DNA of 63,754 bases, counting the filler, from Octopus bimaculoides (Eukaryota), in the NCBI RefSeq assembly GCF_001194135.2. It is 8 parts of 8 records of this genome, joined end to end, with 100 filler letters (N's around TTAATTAATTAA, not from the genome) between each part and the next. Parts side by side here need not be neighbours in the genome. Positions count along the whole stretch, not along the records: positions 1 to 23,621 come from NC_068995.1; positions 23,722 to 26,023 come from NC_068990.1; positions 26,124 to 28,389 come from NW_026409761.1; positions 28,490 to 35,623 come from NC_068985.1; 4 more parts are not named here. One strand, written 5' to 3'. The notes below the pieces were generated by a model. The model saw only the letters and a program-made list of their open reading frames with translations, ran no database searches and was not told the origin of the DNA. Shown piece after piece: positions 14,040 to 28,842 of this stretch. The position numbers and the translations under genes were made by a program. The stretch's first letter is position 1. Every line of letters starts with the position of its first letter.

Positions 14040-14720
14040 GACAAATCATCTTCCAACCGTTGTGGAGGCCTTCTGATTGACTTCTTCAAAAATCGATAAC
14101 TCTACGGGTCCACATACTGTCTGTGATGTTTGTAATATGTCGGGCCCAGCGGAACTTGCGTTTTCAGTATTTCGTGAACACGTTGCACCTTCTCGAATTA
14201 TTCCATTTCGAATATGTTCTCGCAATGGCATTACTAACATAGATCTTTCCATGTCCCTTGGCGTCTTAGCCAGTCGATATTCTTCCCTCTTCGTAGTAGC
14301 CCACGTCTCACTTGTGTATAAGAGCGCAAATAAATAATACTATTGAAGAGTCTGGCATGTATGATGTTGTCCTCTTTTGCTTTAAACACATGGTTTCTTT
14401 AGATAAACACATTCCAGCTTGTACTTATTATCTTCGAGATCTGAACATCCATGTCCCCATGGATATTCACTGTGCGCCTTTACTAGACGCACTCATTTAC
14501 CTCACCCAGTTTCATCTATTCATACCTCTACAATGCCTTACGTTACGTTTTCAGATTCCTTGTCTTCTATTGACATCGTCAGCGTGGTATGCAGCTGCTC
14601 TATGGTTTCGGTGATGAAGGCTATGTCATCTGCAAATAAGGGAGGCGTTAGTAACTGGTCGTTGGTGTTAATGATACCTGTCCATACAATGTTTCTCACA
14701 ACCATTTCTAGACATGCGAA
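14040..14720 (-). mobile_element. RTE-clade LINE reverse transcriptase fragment
   Basis: FACLEMVVRNIVWTGII..LFADDIAF, SETWATTKREE..MERSML..LREHIRN, and KFRWAG; multiple stops. Confidence 0.85.
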
Positions 14721-15825
14721 ATATATTCACTTTTTCTTTAATGATTTCGATTCTAACTTTATTTCCTTCCATACTTACTGTTGTTCAAAACTTAGCACCT
14801 CTATTCAGATGTTAAATATATATCTCTTATGTCTTCTTCCTGCCTTTATGAAAGCTATGAAAACCGTTGCACTGAAATTTTCAGTGTAAGAAGTAGAATA
14901 ATAATGGAGATAGATAAGCTTGGAGAGATCTAAAACAACAAAGGCTTAATCATCTAACAATACAATGCCCTAACTACTTCAACAGAATATCTGGTTCAAA
15001 GCCCTACCCGCTCACAAACAGTCGGTTTGGAAATTATTTTTACTACTTTTACAAACCCTTTAGGAAGAGAAACAGTGGTGATTTGAGGAATAGGATGGCA
15101 ACTCTAACTCTAAAATATACAGACTGATATCTTCCTTCATTGTGTGTGTTACATAATATGTAAATTAAAACATTGTAAAATGTACTGTCTGTTTTTCAAT
15201 GTTATTATTGATTTCACAATTTTACTTGCTGTAAATTGCCCACTATTAAATATTTCATCGTTGTACTGTCCAAAACAGCAAAGATGCTTATGGCAAGAAC
15301 ATTTTTGTTTTGTTGATGTTATCAATATTGTTGTTGCCATTATTCTTGTAATGAATATAATTGATAATACAGCGCTGAAATGGTAGAACCGTAAAAAGTG
15401 ACGGAAAAATGGCCTTGCAGTATTTGTTTCGGCTCTTGAAAATTGAGTTCAAATCCTGCCCTGGTCAACTTTGCTTTTCAGGACACCAAACTATTCTATC
15501 AGGTTATAGTATTGACTGACACCGTCACCTCAAAACAGTTCGCCATGTACCGAGAAACTATTATTATTGTTGTCGAATTTAGTGTTGTTGTTATTGTTGT
15601 TGTCATTAATATTGTTGACGCTACAGTTGTGGATTCGCAAAATGGTTACAGCGCTATTTTTAAACATATTTAAAAAAAATTCTGAGTTCAAAATCCACCG
15701 GCATCAACCTTCTTTTTATTTATCGGAAATCAAGAGATCAAAGTAACAGTCAAAAACTGAACCCGTTTTAAACGAAAACTCATCACAAAGACATGTTAAC
15801 TTATTAATCATCATAAACGTTAAAG

Positions 15826-15932
15826 TTAGTAGTAGTAGTAGTAGCAGTAGTAGTAGTAGTAGTAGTATAGTAGTAGTAGTATAGTAGTAGTAGTAGCAGT
15901 ATAGTAGTAGTAGTATAGTAGTAGAAGTAGTA

Positions 15933-15965
<33 letters not shown>

Positions 15966-15984
15966 CTGTAGTAGTATAGTAGTT

Positions 15985-16015
<31 letters not shown>

Positions 16016-16124
16016 CATTTGTTGTTATTGTCGTAGTATTCGTAGTAGTAATAGTGATGGTAGTATTAATAGTATTAGTACTAGCAGCAGCAACAGCAGC
16101 AACAGTAGCAACAGCACAAGCGGC

Positions 16125-16180
<56 letters not shown>

Positions 16181-16202
16181 CAGCGGCAGCAGCAGCAGCA
16201 GC
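15826..16202. repeat. Compound (TAG)n/(CAG)n microsatellite
   Basis: Read directly from the sequence. Confidence 0.95.
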
Positions 16203-16860
16203 ACTTATTTTAGTTGTTGCTGTTATCGTTTTTGTTCTTGAGTTATAGGAATTATGTATTTCATGTAGGGTTGCAACATATACAATGCATTTGTGCTTCT
16301 CAGCAGGACCCGGATGTTTTCTTAACAGATTACAAATTACCACGTGACTGCATATGGGAGAAGAATTTCTTACAAACGTTGTTGAACAAAAAGCAAATAA
16401 AAGGCAAACAATAACCAAAAAGAATAATAAAGAAGAAAAACAAAAAGAAAGAAAACTAATGCAACGGAATCAATAGGTCTTACTCAATATATTTGATAGC
16501 GAAAATAAAACTAGACATCGCGAATGGAGCGAAACGTGATTATACTGTACTTGTGTCACATCTCGTAATTATTTTAGAAGGCAAGAACAATGAGAATTGA
16601 GAACAGTACGTTCAGGATGACACCAAGAGCCGGCTGATCCTTCTGCAACGATCGTCTCATAGGAATGTAACCGTACATTCTATGTTTGTTCAATGCTTCA
16701 GTATTATCGACAATTCTCTTCATTGAATGCACCAAGCTGAATCATACATACATTCATACATACAGGCTTCAGCACACAAAGACACATAGCTGTACGTATG
16801 TTTGTGTTTGTATATATGTCTATGTGTACGTAAGTGCGTGGTCCTTGTTAACACATACAT

Positions 16861-16916
<56 letters not shown>

Positions 16917-19900
16917 CGCAACCACGTATCTGTATATGTGTGCAGGCATGTGTGTAGGTGCCTGTGTGTAAATGTGTTTGAGTATGTGTAAGCTTTCTTT
17001 GTGTGAACATGATTGTATATACATATAGATCATCTCCGCCGAGAATACAATGATGGCTGCACTGGACGTTCATTGATCGTTAAAAACACGCTGGTTCTAT
17101 CACACAACCATTCGAATTTGTTAGCAGGCAACAAAATCACCGTTGGGTCGCAAGTGAATGAAAATACACCATTAATATAATTTTGCTGATTATCACGAAC
17201 CAAACTATGTAAACAAATCGTGTGATAGGATTTTTTCCCTTTGTCCCATGAGTATTTTTAAGCGAATTTGTGCTTGATGATGGCACACAATTTTGTCGTA
17301 TTGAAAGGATGCAACCAATACACTTGATGCAGTATGGCCAGAAGTATTACATTCTCAATTGAATTAGTTTTTGTCCAACAACCACTATTGTATATATATC
17401 AAGACAGGGACAAAAAAGAGCTTGTCAGAGAGATAAAAGAAAACAAAGAATAACATAATGTACAGCTCGGCGTGTTCAATTAAGTAATCTTGATGAAATA
17501 CAGGAAACAACAAAAACAAGAAATTATAAAAATATATGACAAGAACTGATTTCTTTCAGACTTCCATTAGATTTGAGATAAATCAAGTATATCTAAATTA
17601 CGTTTATTGTATTTTTTCTCTTTTAGACAAATCTTTAATTAATGTGCTTTACTGCTAAAATTAGTCGTCGATTTTTTGTTATTGTTTTCTATAAATCTGG
17701 GTAGTAGCCCTTGTCTATATATTGTATTTTCAAACTGTTCCTTTATTATTGTTTCTAAAAATCATTTGGTGTCTATCGACGGAAAACATTGAAGCCCTTA
17801 GGAAATGCATTATTTAAAGTAAATGGTTAGAATCGAATAACACTTGTATACTCTCAGTGTGAAAAGCAGAAATTAGCTAACCAGTTTCAATTCTCCTTTT
17901 ATAGATATATCCTATTTATTCCGTTGGTGACAGTATTGGATGAATCACGACTGTCACGAAGATTTATGCCCAAAATAAAACATGCTACATATATATATAT
18001 AATTAAACTATCATCTCCATTGTGAATCTACAGGTATTATGGGTAATTTTTGCTCTTGTCTTTTATGGTGTTCTTTATAAACCAGCAATAAGCTAGGTCT
18101 GAAAACTAAAATAACTATCAAGAGCTTTCTAACCATGACCATTTGACTTTGTTTATAGTAATAATGCATGTCACACAATGATATTCAATATCTCGGGATT
18201 ATTTGATTATTATTTATATTGGCGGAAACACTACGCAAGTAAATATCTCCGAGCATTTTTTGTAAATACTCGTGCGGGACTTGCAGAAGATTTTGTTCTC
18301 GTTACATTAGGTACTGAGTTAGCTAATATTTCCATTCAAAAGGCAATTGAATTTCATTTAGTCAGTAAGAGGTAGATCCCTCACATAAAACTTTCCCTTT
18401 GGCTCAAAAGCGTAGAGAATGCATTTACTGCTTTGATGGCGCTTGGACCGAGATCAACTTTGAATAAATAGACCTCTCGTAAAAAAACATATTCTTCGTT
18501 TTCCTGTATATTCTATACTGTCTACACTGTCTAATGCATCCTTTCTTTTGGGAGCTATTTCTAGGAGGTCAAATTGCTCCCATGCAGAAGTAATCTGAAC
18601 TGGAACTAAGTATGAAATAAAGTGTTTCTTTTTTTTTTTTTTTTTGCATGTTAAATCTCAGAATGAAATCCTGTTTTCTATAAGAATGTCGTATAAACTT
18701 GAAGTTTGGTATGCGACAGGTTGTCGGTTTCATCTCCAAATTATATTTCCTTAGTCTTAAATTTCACTCCCTCATGATGGTGACGAATAAGAGCTAACAA
18801 CGAAGATGTAAAAGCAACAGAAATAAAATAAATAGATATTTCCCGTGGCTGGAAACTTCTTCCTTAATATGTATTCGCTGGAATTACTCAATTCATTGGA
18901 AGGGTGCTATGGATTGAAAAGATTTGTCGCATTTGTAATACAAAATCATGCCAAATGGCTTAAATAACAGCAAAGATTTCTAACAAAAGAAAAAATTGCC
19001 TCGAAAACATCAGGCAAACGTAAGAAGGCTAATATGGAACTCAAAACAAATATATTCTGAAAAGTTCTCTATATATTCATTTAGAGATAAAGAAGGCGTA
19101 ACCTCTAAATTCTAAATTCTTGGTCCTTTCTTTTAAGTCATCAAAATGTTGAAATACAGTTAGTAAATTAACAATATTAATCACAAGTAACAACGCAGAT
19201 ACGAGAGAAACCTATCTTGTCCATGTGACAGGGAATTATCTATTGGTCATTTTAAATCAATTGCAATTTTATAAAATCAAAATCTAATTTACTTGAGCAC
19301 ATTTGTCAGAATATGAGAGTTGAAAAGAACATTGTGTGTTGCAGCAGAATTATAATGATGAGACGTCTTAAGTTGAAATGAATAACTGAGCTTGTCAAAT
19401 GTTTACAGTACAAATAAGCAAAACTGAGATTATCTTTCAGTTTTTGAGAAATCAAAGCAACTGAATCAAGTAAATTTATCATTGAGATATTACATTTTAA
19501 GTACAACTTGCATCATTTTACAGAATAATTTGTCATCCATGGTAAGCATATCAGTACTTTACAATGGCTTGTGACAAGTTAAAAGAAAAAAGAAAACCGC
19601 TAGGTTGTCACTAACAAATCCGCTCTGCTCAAAACGGCTTTATTATCTGGCGCACTGCTTCTTATAACAAAGGTTTCGAATGAATCATCGTATGGAGAAA
19701 TGTCAGTTGTATCTTTCAGCGGCAAGAAAAGAAAACGATATTCTTATCCAGTAATCGTTATAGAACCCCAGAATTTAATCATGTGCAGTACTTGACCACA
19801 GCCTTCAAAAGTAATCAGGTTGTTGTGTTTCGGTATAACAAAGAGGGATCTGTTGTTGAAAGCGTACCTTTAACATAAATAGCGTCGCATAACAATGACT

Positions 19901-20025
19901 GCTTCTTTGCTCCGGTGCAAGAAGATATACGTGCTCCAATATGCCTGCAAATTTAGGTGAGGCACAATGTACTGTTATTTTCACATATGGGACAATGTCT
20001 CTGCTGCACACACGTTTAGCCTATA

Positions 20026-20259
20026 TAAGGCGGCGAGCTGGCAGAAACGTTAGCACGCCTGGCGAAATGCTTAGCAGTATTTCGTCTGCCGCTACGTTCT
20101 GCGTTCAAATTCCGTCGAGGTCGACTTTGCCTTTCATCCTTTCGGGGTCGATTAAATAAGTACCAGCTACGCACTGGGGTCGATACAATCCACTTAATCC
20201 GTTTGTCTGTCCTTGTTTGTCCCCTCTGTGTGTAGCCCCTTGTGGGTAGTAAAGGAATA
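20026..20259 (+). mobile_element. Young full-length tRNA-derived SINE (family A) with an 18-bp TSD
   Basis: GGCGAGCTGGCAGAAACGTTAGCACGCC...GTTCAAATTCC...; ACACACGTTTAGCCTATA is duplicated at 20008-20025 and 20260-20277. Confidence 0.9.
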
Positions 20260-21763
20260 ACACACGTTTAGCCTATACAATATCCCAAAATGCGCCATCC
20301 GGCTTATTACCACAGAAATATTCAAAGACATGCTCCAAAATCTGGGCCGTAGGCCTGGAGCTGCAACCATTGTATATTTCACTTACACACTTGTCCTCCT
20401 CTCACCATCCTTGCAATGTCCAATACCCCACAGCCGATATTCACGATTACAACCACTCATTCCGAAAAGCTGAATTCTCTGGAATTCCATCTCTACTCAC
20501 ATATTTCCCGTCGGGGTTCACATACAAGTATTTCAGGCGAAAATCAATGATATCAACATGACTAGTCTAAGAGGACTTGCAAAGAAAATTCCGACAGACT
20601 TATCCATTAAATACCGATAAATTGGAATAGCAATTTGTGAAGTTCCACTCAATTAGACATTGGCGAATTTTATACAACTATACATAATGGAGTCTATTTC
20701 AAAAAATTTAGACTTTTGACAGAAAATTGACTACAAGTAACAATATACATAAAAAGATTATAATAGCAAATCACTGTTATGTACTGAAAATAGTTACTAT
20801 GTCAATCATTATTGTAAAAATTTGATCGAAATGTAAATGCTGCTAAACTTGAAGCGATAGAAATTGTCGGATATATATTTCTCATTTCCTCATACAGTAC
20901 ACGTGTCCACGTCATTTGAACCTGAACAATAACCTGATCGTGAAAAGAGGTCCAGAAGACCTAATGAAGCCTTTCAAATCCGCACTATCGAAACGCAATA
21001 TATATATATATATATATATTGCCGCATACACACATACACACATACATATATGCGTTAATATCGAACAGTGAGAGTGGGTGCTCAACACTACATTGGTTGG
21101 ATAAATGTTATATATTTGTGGTTGAACAATGCTACCAATCATTGTCATCGTGTCAATCCTGTACAAAGGGGTTGTTACGGACAAGAATAATATTCTTAAA
21201 AAGTAACCTGTTTTTTGGGGGGCTGAAGTTCCACTAACAAAAAAGCTAACACTACTAATATTAGCTGAAGTACTTCAGGCGAAGGAGCACATATCTGTGA
21301 GCAAATAAGGGATGCTTTCCCCCTCGCTCTCTTGGTTGATGCAATGCAGTAAACTGTAGTAAGCATAGACACACACACAAAGTCATACACACACCCACAT
21401 ACAAATTGATATGTATATATGTATGAGAATATATATAACGTATGTATGTTTGCGTTTGTNNNNNNNNNNNNNNNNNNNNNNNNNNNNNNNNNNNNNNNNN
21501 NNNNNNNNNNNNNNNNNNNNNNNNNNNNNNNNNNNNNNNNNNNNNNNNNNNNNNNNNNNNNNNNNNNNNNNNNNNNNNNNNNNNNNNNNNNNNNNNNNNN
21601 NNNNNNNNNNNNNNNNNNNNNNNNNNNNNNNNNNNNNNNNNNNNNNNNNNNNNNNNNNNNNNNNNNNNNNNNNNNNNNNNNNNNNNNNNNNNNNNNNNNN
21701 NNNNNNNNNNNNNNNNNNNNNNNNNNNNNNNNNNNNNNNNNNNTGTTTCTGTCATTTGACTGC

Positions 21764-22043
21764 GGCCATGCTGGAGCACCTCCTTTTAGTCGAGCAAGTC
21801 GACCCCGGGACTTAGCAATTGTCGGGCGACAAACACAGACACACAAACATATACACTCACATACATAGAAATATGCATATATACGACAGGCTTCTTTCAG
21901 TTTCCGTCTACCAAATCCACTCACAAGGATTTGGTTGGCCCGAGGCTATAGTAGAACACACTTGCCCAAGGTGCCACGCAGTGGGAATGAACCCGGGACC
22001 ATGTGGTTGGTAAGCAAGCTACTTACCACACAGCCACTCCTAC
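21764..22043 (-). mobile_element. SINE family B (tRNA head, CORE-like CCTTGGGCAAGTG block)
   Basis: Reverse complement of GGAGTGGCTGTGTGGTAAGTAGCTTGCTTACCAACCACATGGTCCCGGGTTCATTCCCACTGCGTGGCACCTTGGGCAAGTG. Confidence 0.85.
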
Positions 22044-22484
22044 CCCTATATATATATGATCGAAAAACCTTTTCCTCAATCAGCCTCCTTACTTAGCGAA
22101 ATACTCAGAACTTATATTTTTCACGTGCCATACCATGACTTAATTGTTTTAGATGATAAAATGTGGAAAGCAAAATTGGTAACTTTGCGTATCTTAACTA
22201 TTTACTTCTGTTTACCGAACTTCAGGGTAAATCAAATGATACAAGCTTAGCCAAGTATTTTGGCTTCATCTTTCTTGTAATAAGCCCGAAGTGTAAGATA
22301 ATTGCCAACCAATTTGCGATATATTAATTTGTGTTATCTAATCGTATTCTATGATAGAAGGAATGTAGACGAACACAGAATTATATATGCACACACACAT
22401 ACGCTCACACATAAACTTACACACACATATATGTGTGCGTGTGTGTGTGTGTGTACATATATGCACACATTTATATGTATATGC

Positions 22485-22538
<54 letters not shown>

Positions 22539-23721
22539 GCATACACACACAGATACACGTACACACACATATATATGTATGTAGGTATATATACGCATAA
22601 ACATATGAATATATATCTTAGGAAAATAATTGCCTTCAGAATGATAACCTAAATTAATTAATATATTATTTAGTTATGAGTTAATATATAATTAATTTTC
22701 TTAAATTAATTAACGAAAGAGATGGGTTGGAAGATGTATTTTCTGAATATATTTAACGTAACAAATATTACAAACGCATACTAGGAAAAACAAAAGTAAG
22801 ATAACATATACCAACATCATTTTCTAATCTGAAATTACAATGAAGTGCTGAGATTTGCTTAGATTCGACTCTGGAGATAAACTAATCAGTTGTATATCAA
22901 ATACTAATATTTGGGGCTACCACAAGCCTTCTGCAATAATAAATTAATTATCATACAAAAGCTTCAATACATATAAGTGTCTTTTTCGCAGATATCCTTA
23001 AGGAATTTGAAATATATTCACCTCAAGTATTAAATCAAATAATCAATATCCTGAAGTATCAAATCAGCAATCTAAATATATATAATGATTAGATGTAAAA
23101 ATATTATTCGATGTTGAACCCAGGTAAATAAGTGAATGTGATGTATGAAAATATATTATGCATTTATTCATTAAGTAAATCATTTAGCAATATTTTCGAA
23201 ATTAGGGATACCACTATCTAAGTTACAAAGGTAAACAAATTGAAAACATGGCCTATTGTATATATGTATATGTATAGGAAAATGAAAAAAAAGCCAGAAT
23301 GCTGAACTGGGAGCATAATTTAATAAAGATTTTTTCTAACCGGTTTTCATTGCGATGAAGCAAATTATCAAGAAGAAGGAGAATGAAAATGTTATTTTAC
23401 AAAGAAGTACAAAAAAGTACAAAATGAAGAAAATAATATATAAAACAATAATATATAAAAAAAAATATATACCCATACATTATATTGTCTTTGAGCTTTT
23501 GTAGTTCAATAGTAGTTCATGTATAAATTGGTAGGAAAAATAAGGATGCATGAGAGTTGAGAGTTTTGTTAGGTTTAAAAAAAGGGTTAAAAGTTTGTGT
23601 TAAGCAGGAAATGTGGTGTCANNNNNNNNNNNNNNNNNNNNNNNNNNNNNNNNNNNNNNNNNNNNTTAATTAATTAANNNNNNNNNNNNNNNNNNNNNNN
23701 NNNNNNNNNNNNNNNNNNNNN

Positions 23722-24466
23722 GAAACGGAGGTTCTAATCTGTGCTGCCCAAGAGCAAGCACTAAGAACAAACTACATAATATACAGAATAGACAGCAACA
23801 GCAGAAAGTGTTAAGTGCAGAATCTGTGGACAAAACGGTGAAACCGTATGGCATATTACCAGCCAATGTACTCCACTAGCCCAGGACTATAAGGGACGCC
23901 ACGACAATATAGCAAGGCTTGTCCACTGGACATTTTGCAACAAGTATGGACTTGTCAGAGCAAAAAATTAGTACGACCACAAACCTGAAGGCATCGTCGA
24001 AAATAGGAATGCAAAGATCATATGAGATTTTATGATTCAGTGCGACCATGCGATAGAGAATAGGAAGCCAGACATAGACTTAATTGAGAGAGAAAACAAA
24101 CTATGTTGGATCAAAGATATAGCATGCCCAGCTGACAACAAGGTATGCGATAAGGAAGAATGAAAAGTTGAGAGATATGACAGGTTAGCTTGGGACGTTA
24201 AGCAGTTGTGGTCGACGAAAAAAGTAGCTGTGGTACCAATAATTAACGGAGCCCTAGGAACAGTGAGCAAAAACCTTGAGATGTACGTGGAACAAATAGG
24301 AGCTACAATAAGGGTGGAGCACCTTCAGAAAACATCACTGCTTGGAACCGCTCGAATACTCTGGAAGGTGCTCGAAAAATAAGAAGCGTTTCTTTAGTTC
24401 ACTGGTAGTGAACAGCTGACACTGTAGTACATCTCCAGCGTTAGAAACTGTGCAAGGGCAATAGTG
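23722..24466 (+). mobile_element. R4/Dong-clade LINE 3' end (CCHC knuckle, restriction-like endonuclease, 3' UTR) ending in (AAT)n
   Basis: ETEVLICAAQEQAL, CRICGQNGETVWHITSQC, RHDNIARLVHW, RKPDI..DIACP, GALGTV, LQKTSLLGTARIL*; ORF stop at 24382; (AAT)n at 24467-24586. Dong-type elements are known to target TAA repeats. Confidence 0.85.
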
Positions 24467-24481
24467 AATAATAATAATAAC

Positions 24482-24586
<105 letters not shown>

Positions 24587-25837
24587 TGTATGTTCCATGA
24601 AAGGACGGAGGATACAGCTGCAACGGAAAGTGGTATGAAATTATTGTCTCACTGATGGCTACACCTCCAGATTTAATAACCTATGATTCTATTGTAAATG
24701 TTCTATCTTGCGGTCTCGGACAACCTCATTTATACACTCCACTCCTAATTCTATCAATGAGCCTTGATACACGCTGAAAAAGCAACGTATCCAGTTTTAG
24801 AAAATTGGTTGTACGGATTATATTACTGCTTGCCCTGGGAACACGCAATATATCTCCCGTGCATCTTTATCTTGGATTTCTCCTCTAAATCCCAGCCGCC
24901 ACCTGAATGGACAAGAGGAAATTATCGCTACCTATGTAACTATCTCTCAATCTCGTGTTAAGGAAATGCGAAAACTTCGATACTAGCCTCTAGGTAAACA
25001 TTTATCTCACTATCTCTGGATAATACTTAGCTTAAGATTTAGTTCACATGCGCAAGCAACCATTACTGTATGTCTTATATAACTCGATTAAAATGTTACT
25101 ATCAAAACCGCTTTCGAAACTTCCATTTAGGGCATACAAAATGTTCCTTCTCTGCATGAGAAAGAGGCATGTAAACGTCGTCCTTGCCGGCTCCCAGAAA
25201 AATCTTACGAACATGAGAGTCAATCATGATACACTCCTGCAAAAATTATTTCTCAGAGAGCGATCTGGCTGTCTAGAATATTCTTATTGGATTCGATATT
25301 TGTAAAGTGGTGTACAAATCTGTCTATCCGTTATTCCTGTTGCTTTGGCCGTTTTCATTGACTTTTGTTATTGCTGCCTCTGTTATAATTGTCATTTTTT
25401 ATTGTATTTGTCTCCGTTTCAATTGTTGATATCTTCGTTTTTATTATTTTTAATCGAGATGTCAAAATCTCTAATTAAAAACCACAATAACATCATTATA
25501 TTCTGTTTCAAAATGTTGATGCTTTCTTTTACAATATTCATTTTCATACTTTTTTTATTTTCTTTGTTTTCTGTGCAGCTTAAGGCGTTTGTTTTGGGGC
25601 AGTTCGTCGCCAACATTCTGAATTGAATATCAGCTAACAAATAAATGTTTTAAAATGACATTTTTGCCGAATTTGGACGAAAAAAATAATGAAAGATTTG
25701 CTCAGGTTTCTTTAAATTAATTCAAACAATTTGCACATCATAGAATTTTGTAAAGATTGAGAGGAAAGACCCGAAATCGAGAGCGATGTAAAGATTGTCT
25801 TCCTACCTAATAATAATAACAGTAACAAAAACAATAC

Positions 25838-25875
<38 letters not shown>

Positions 25876-25899
<24 letters not shown>

Positions 25900-26023
25900 T
25901 ATTCAGACAAATACATAACAAAAACATCAGGACTTACAAATATATATAACATACAGAAAATTGCACTACTGGGCACTGCACACATCCTAGGCAAAACATT
26001 TTCAATACAGTAACCATAAGAAC
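25876..26023 (+). mobile_element. 5'-truncated R4/Dong-type LINE C-terminus next to (TAA)n
   Basis: YNIQKIALLGTAHILGKTFSIQ* directly after a (TAA)n tract. Confidence 0.7.
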
Positions 26024-26324
26024 NNNNNNNNNNNNNNNNNNNNNNNNNNNNNNNNNNNNNNNNNNNNTTAATTAATTAANNNNNNNNNNNNNNNNNNNNN
26101 NNNNNNNNNNNNNNNNNNNNNNNGTGTGTGTGTGTGTGTATTATGTACAGAGTGAGAAAGAGAAAGTGATTCATCAAGTCTCCTCATTGTGCATTTGGGG
26201 CCAATAGTCTGCGAGGCACCAATCTGCAACAGACAGAACTCGTTTTTAGTTAAGTAGACAGAAACAACATAAAATGAAGAACCTTGTGAATTAATTCACG
26301 AATAAAGAGATTATTTATTTACTG

Positions 26325-26515
26325 CGCCGAACAAAATGCTTAGTGGCGTTCCTTTCAACGCAATACGTTCTAAGTTCAAATACACCGCGGTCATCTTTGC
26401 CTTTTATCCCCTCAGGGTCAATAAAATAAGTACTATTGTTGCACTTGGGTCGACGTAACTGACTCACCCCCTCCCCCAAAATTGCAGGCCTTGTGCCAAT
26501 CTTTGAAAGTATTCT
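26325..26515 (+). mobile_element. Diverged SINE family A copy
   Basis: AAATGCTTAGTGG..CGTTCTAAGTTCAAAT..CTTTGCCTTTTATCC..AATAAGTAC. Confidence 0.65.
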
Positions 26516-27339
26516 TTTATGTTAGTTTCCATTAACCTCTGTTTACACTCTTCTCTAAAACACCAGTCTTGATGAGAGTCTTGGTAAGCTTTCAGCAGTT
26601 GTTATAGCACTTCTGATTCATTTTATCACTACTACAGCTTTCTCAAGTACTTCGCCTTCTCCTATAAGACTTTTAAGCACTCATCTCACTCACTACAAAT
26701 GGGAGACATCTTAAAATCATTCACATCACTTTAATAAATCATATTGGATGATATTGTCCAAGATAAGTTCTGTCTGAAATCAAAATGGAATGATTCTACT
26801 TCAATACGTATGATTTGTAGTCAAAAATGGTGACTCTTACAGTATTTTAAATCAAACAGTTCATCTTTCCTCTTACCTTTCTGTTTTTCCTCACATCGAA
26901 ATATACTGGAATGTTGTGTGTAATATATTTTCAACAACGACATGTTTCGGTCATTAAAGTGACTCCTCTTCTAAAGAGCGACACAGGAAATGCCTTCAGT
27001 CAATTAATAATTAATAATTGATAACACTTTCTTTAAGTAAATGATTTCAGGGCAAAAACTGTTGACCTGACCAGCTAGAAAACAAATGGGGAATGGTTTT
27101 TTTTATTGTTATTAATAAATGGGATGTTAAGGGGCATCGCTTATGGCCTTTCCTGTCCTCTCCTCTTGCAAAAATGCGATTAATGTTCAGTTTAAATTTT
27201 CGTACGTTGAAATCTGCTGAATAAATGTAGGTGGAGAGGAAATTCCAGCGAGTATTGATATCCTGAGGAGAAATAATTAGGTTGTATTATCAAGTGACCG
27301 GATTAGTAAGACAGAGTAATAATCTTTTCTTTTCTACTA

Positions 27340-27536
27340 AAGGCCTGAAATTGTGAGGGAAGGGGCTAGTCGACTACATCGACCCCAGTGCGTAACTGGT
27401 ACTTAATTTATCGACCACGAAAGGATGAAAGGCAAAGTCGACCTCGGCGGAATTTGAACTCAGAACGTAGCGACGGGCGAAATACCGCTAAGCATTTCAT
27501 CCAGCACGCTAACGATTCTGCCAACTCACCGCCTTA
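27340..27536 (-). mobile_element. SINE family A copy
   Basis: Near-consensus reverse complement (AAAGTCGACCTCGGCGGAATTTGAACTCAGAACGTAG). Confidence 0.85.
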
Positions 27537-28489
27537 AGACAGAGTAACAATTATAAAGGGAAGATAATTGTATTGGATGAGTTTAGATAAGGATTTAACA
27601 GGATCTTTCTAGTGTTACACTGTTGCTTGGTCATTAAATCAACTTCTCTTCTTTATAGTTTTATGTGAGGTTTTCTTTCGATTTCTTTAAACTAGACTAA
27701 ATTGATGTAGCATTCCCTTACTGAGAGAAAGTTAGATGCTGGGCTGAGCAAGCAAAATGGTTGGGATTGACCTCCGTCGCTGTGAAAATTTCTCTAGTCT
27801 TAAAAGAGTTAAGTATAAACACCCCTCACAAACAAGAAACAAGGGGGAAAACAATTACAGTCATAGGAATAAAAACTGAACCAAACTAGCTAAGACCGAA
27901 ACATCAAAATACACACCATGTCACCACATCAACGGCGAAATCCCAGGTAACACGTGTCGAGGAAGGCCAATCGCCATAGTATGAGCTATGGATACAATAG
28001 TAGGAAAGCGGCAAGAATTTTATCTGAAAAATAATCCATTTAGCTTAACTAATCTTATTTATCTTAAAAGGTAATCCATTCATAAATTTAGTTTTAAGAG
28101 TTTGTAAATGAAGAGAAAACAAAAGGTCAACAACTCACAACTGTTAAATTAAGTGGAATAAAATAGCTTTCTGACATAATACTAATTAGAAATAGTTTTC
28201 AATGACTCTATTTGACATTGTTACCATTTCTGACAAGAGCACTTCAAGTTTCAGCCGCTTACTGCATACAACAGAAGCCTCTATGCCGTTACCTAACCTA
28301 TTAGAAAGAGTAAACAATTTCCCTCTTAAACCATACCGTAACGTCTTCAAAAATGAGCGCATTGGATACTCTTGTCATATATATATATANNNNNNNNNNN
28401 NNNNNNNNNNNNNNNNNNNNNNNNNNNNNNNNNTTAATTAATTAANNNNNNNNNNNNNNNNNNNNNNNNNNNNNNNNNNNNNNNNNNNN

Positions 28490-28777
28490 TGTATATATAT
28501 ATACACTCACACACACGCATATGCATTCATAAATACACATATACATACATACACACTCATATATAGACACATATACATGCATATCATATATATACACACA
28601 CATACGCATACATGTTTGTATATAAATATGCACAACACCTAAACATACATACACACACATACATACATACATTACATACACACACACACACATACATACA
28701 TTACATACACACACACATACATACATACATTACATACACACACGCACACACATTACATACACACACACGCACACACA

Positions 28778-28808
<31 letters not shown>

Positions 28809-28842
28809 ACACACACACATTACACACACACACACACACACA
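28490..28842. repeat. Compound (CA)/(TACA) repeat with periodic CATTA interruptions
   Basis: Read directly from the sequence. Confidence 0.9.

Noticed and set aside
15716-16418. Poly-T/A/L/V ORFs, and likewise the G/S-rich ORF at 29996-30340 and the poly-N/I ORFs at 5969, 24335-24655 and 25712-26013
   Set aside because: Translations of trinucleotide microsatellites. Only the LINE C-termini inside them are meaningful.
22990-23125. Exon-like segment (ttttcgcag...ccag|gtaaat) on the plus strand
   Set aside because: No compatible neighbouring exons found and the best frame hits a stop; insufficient support.
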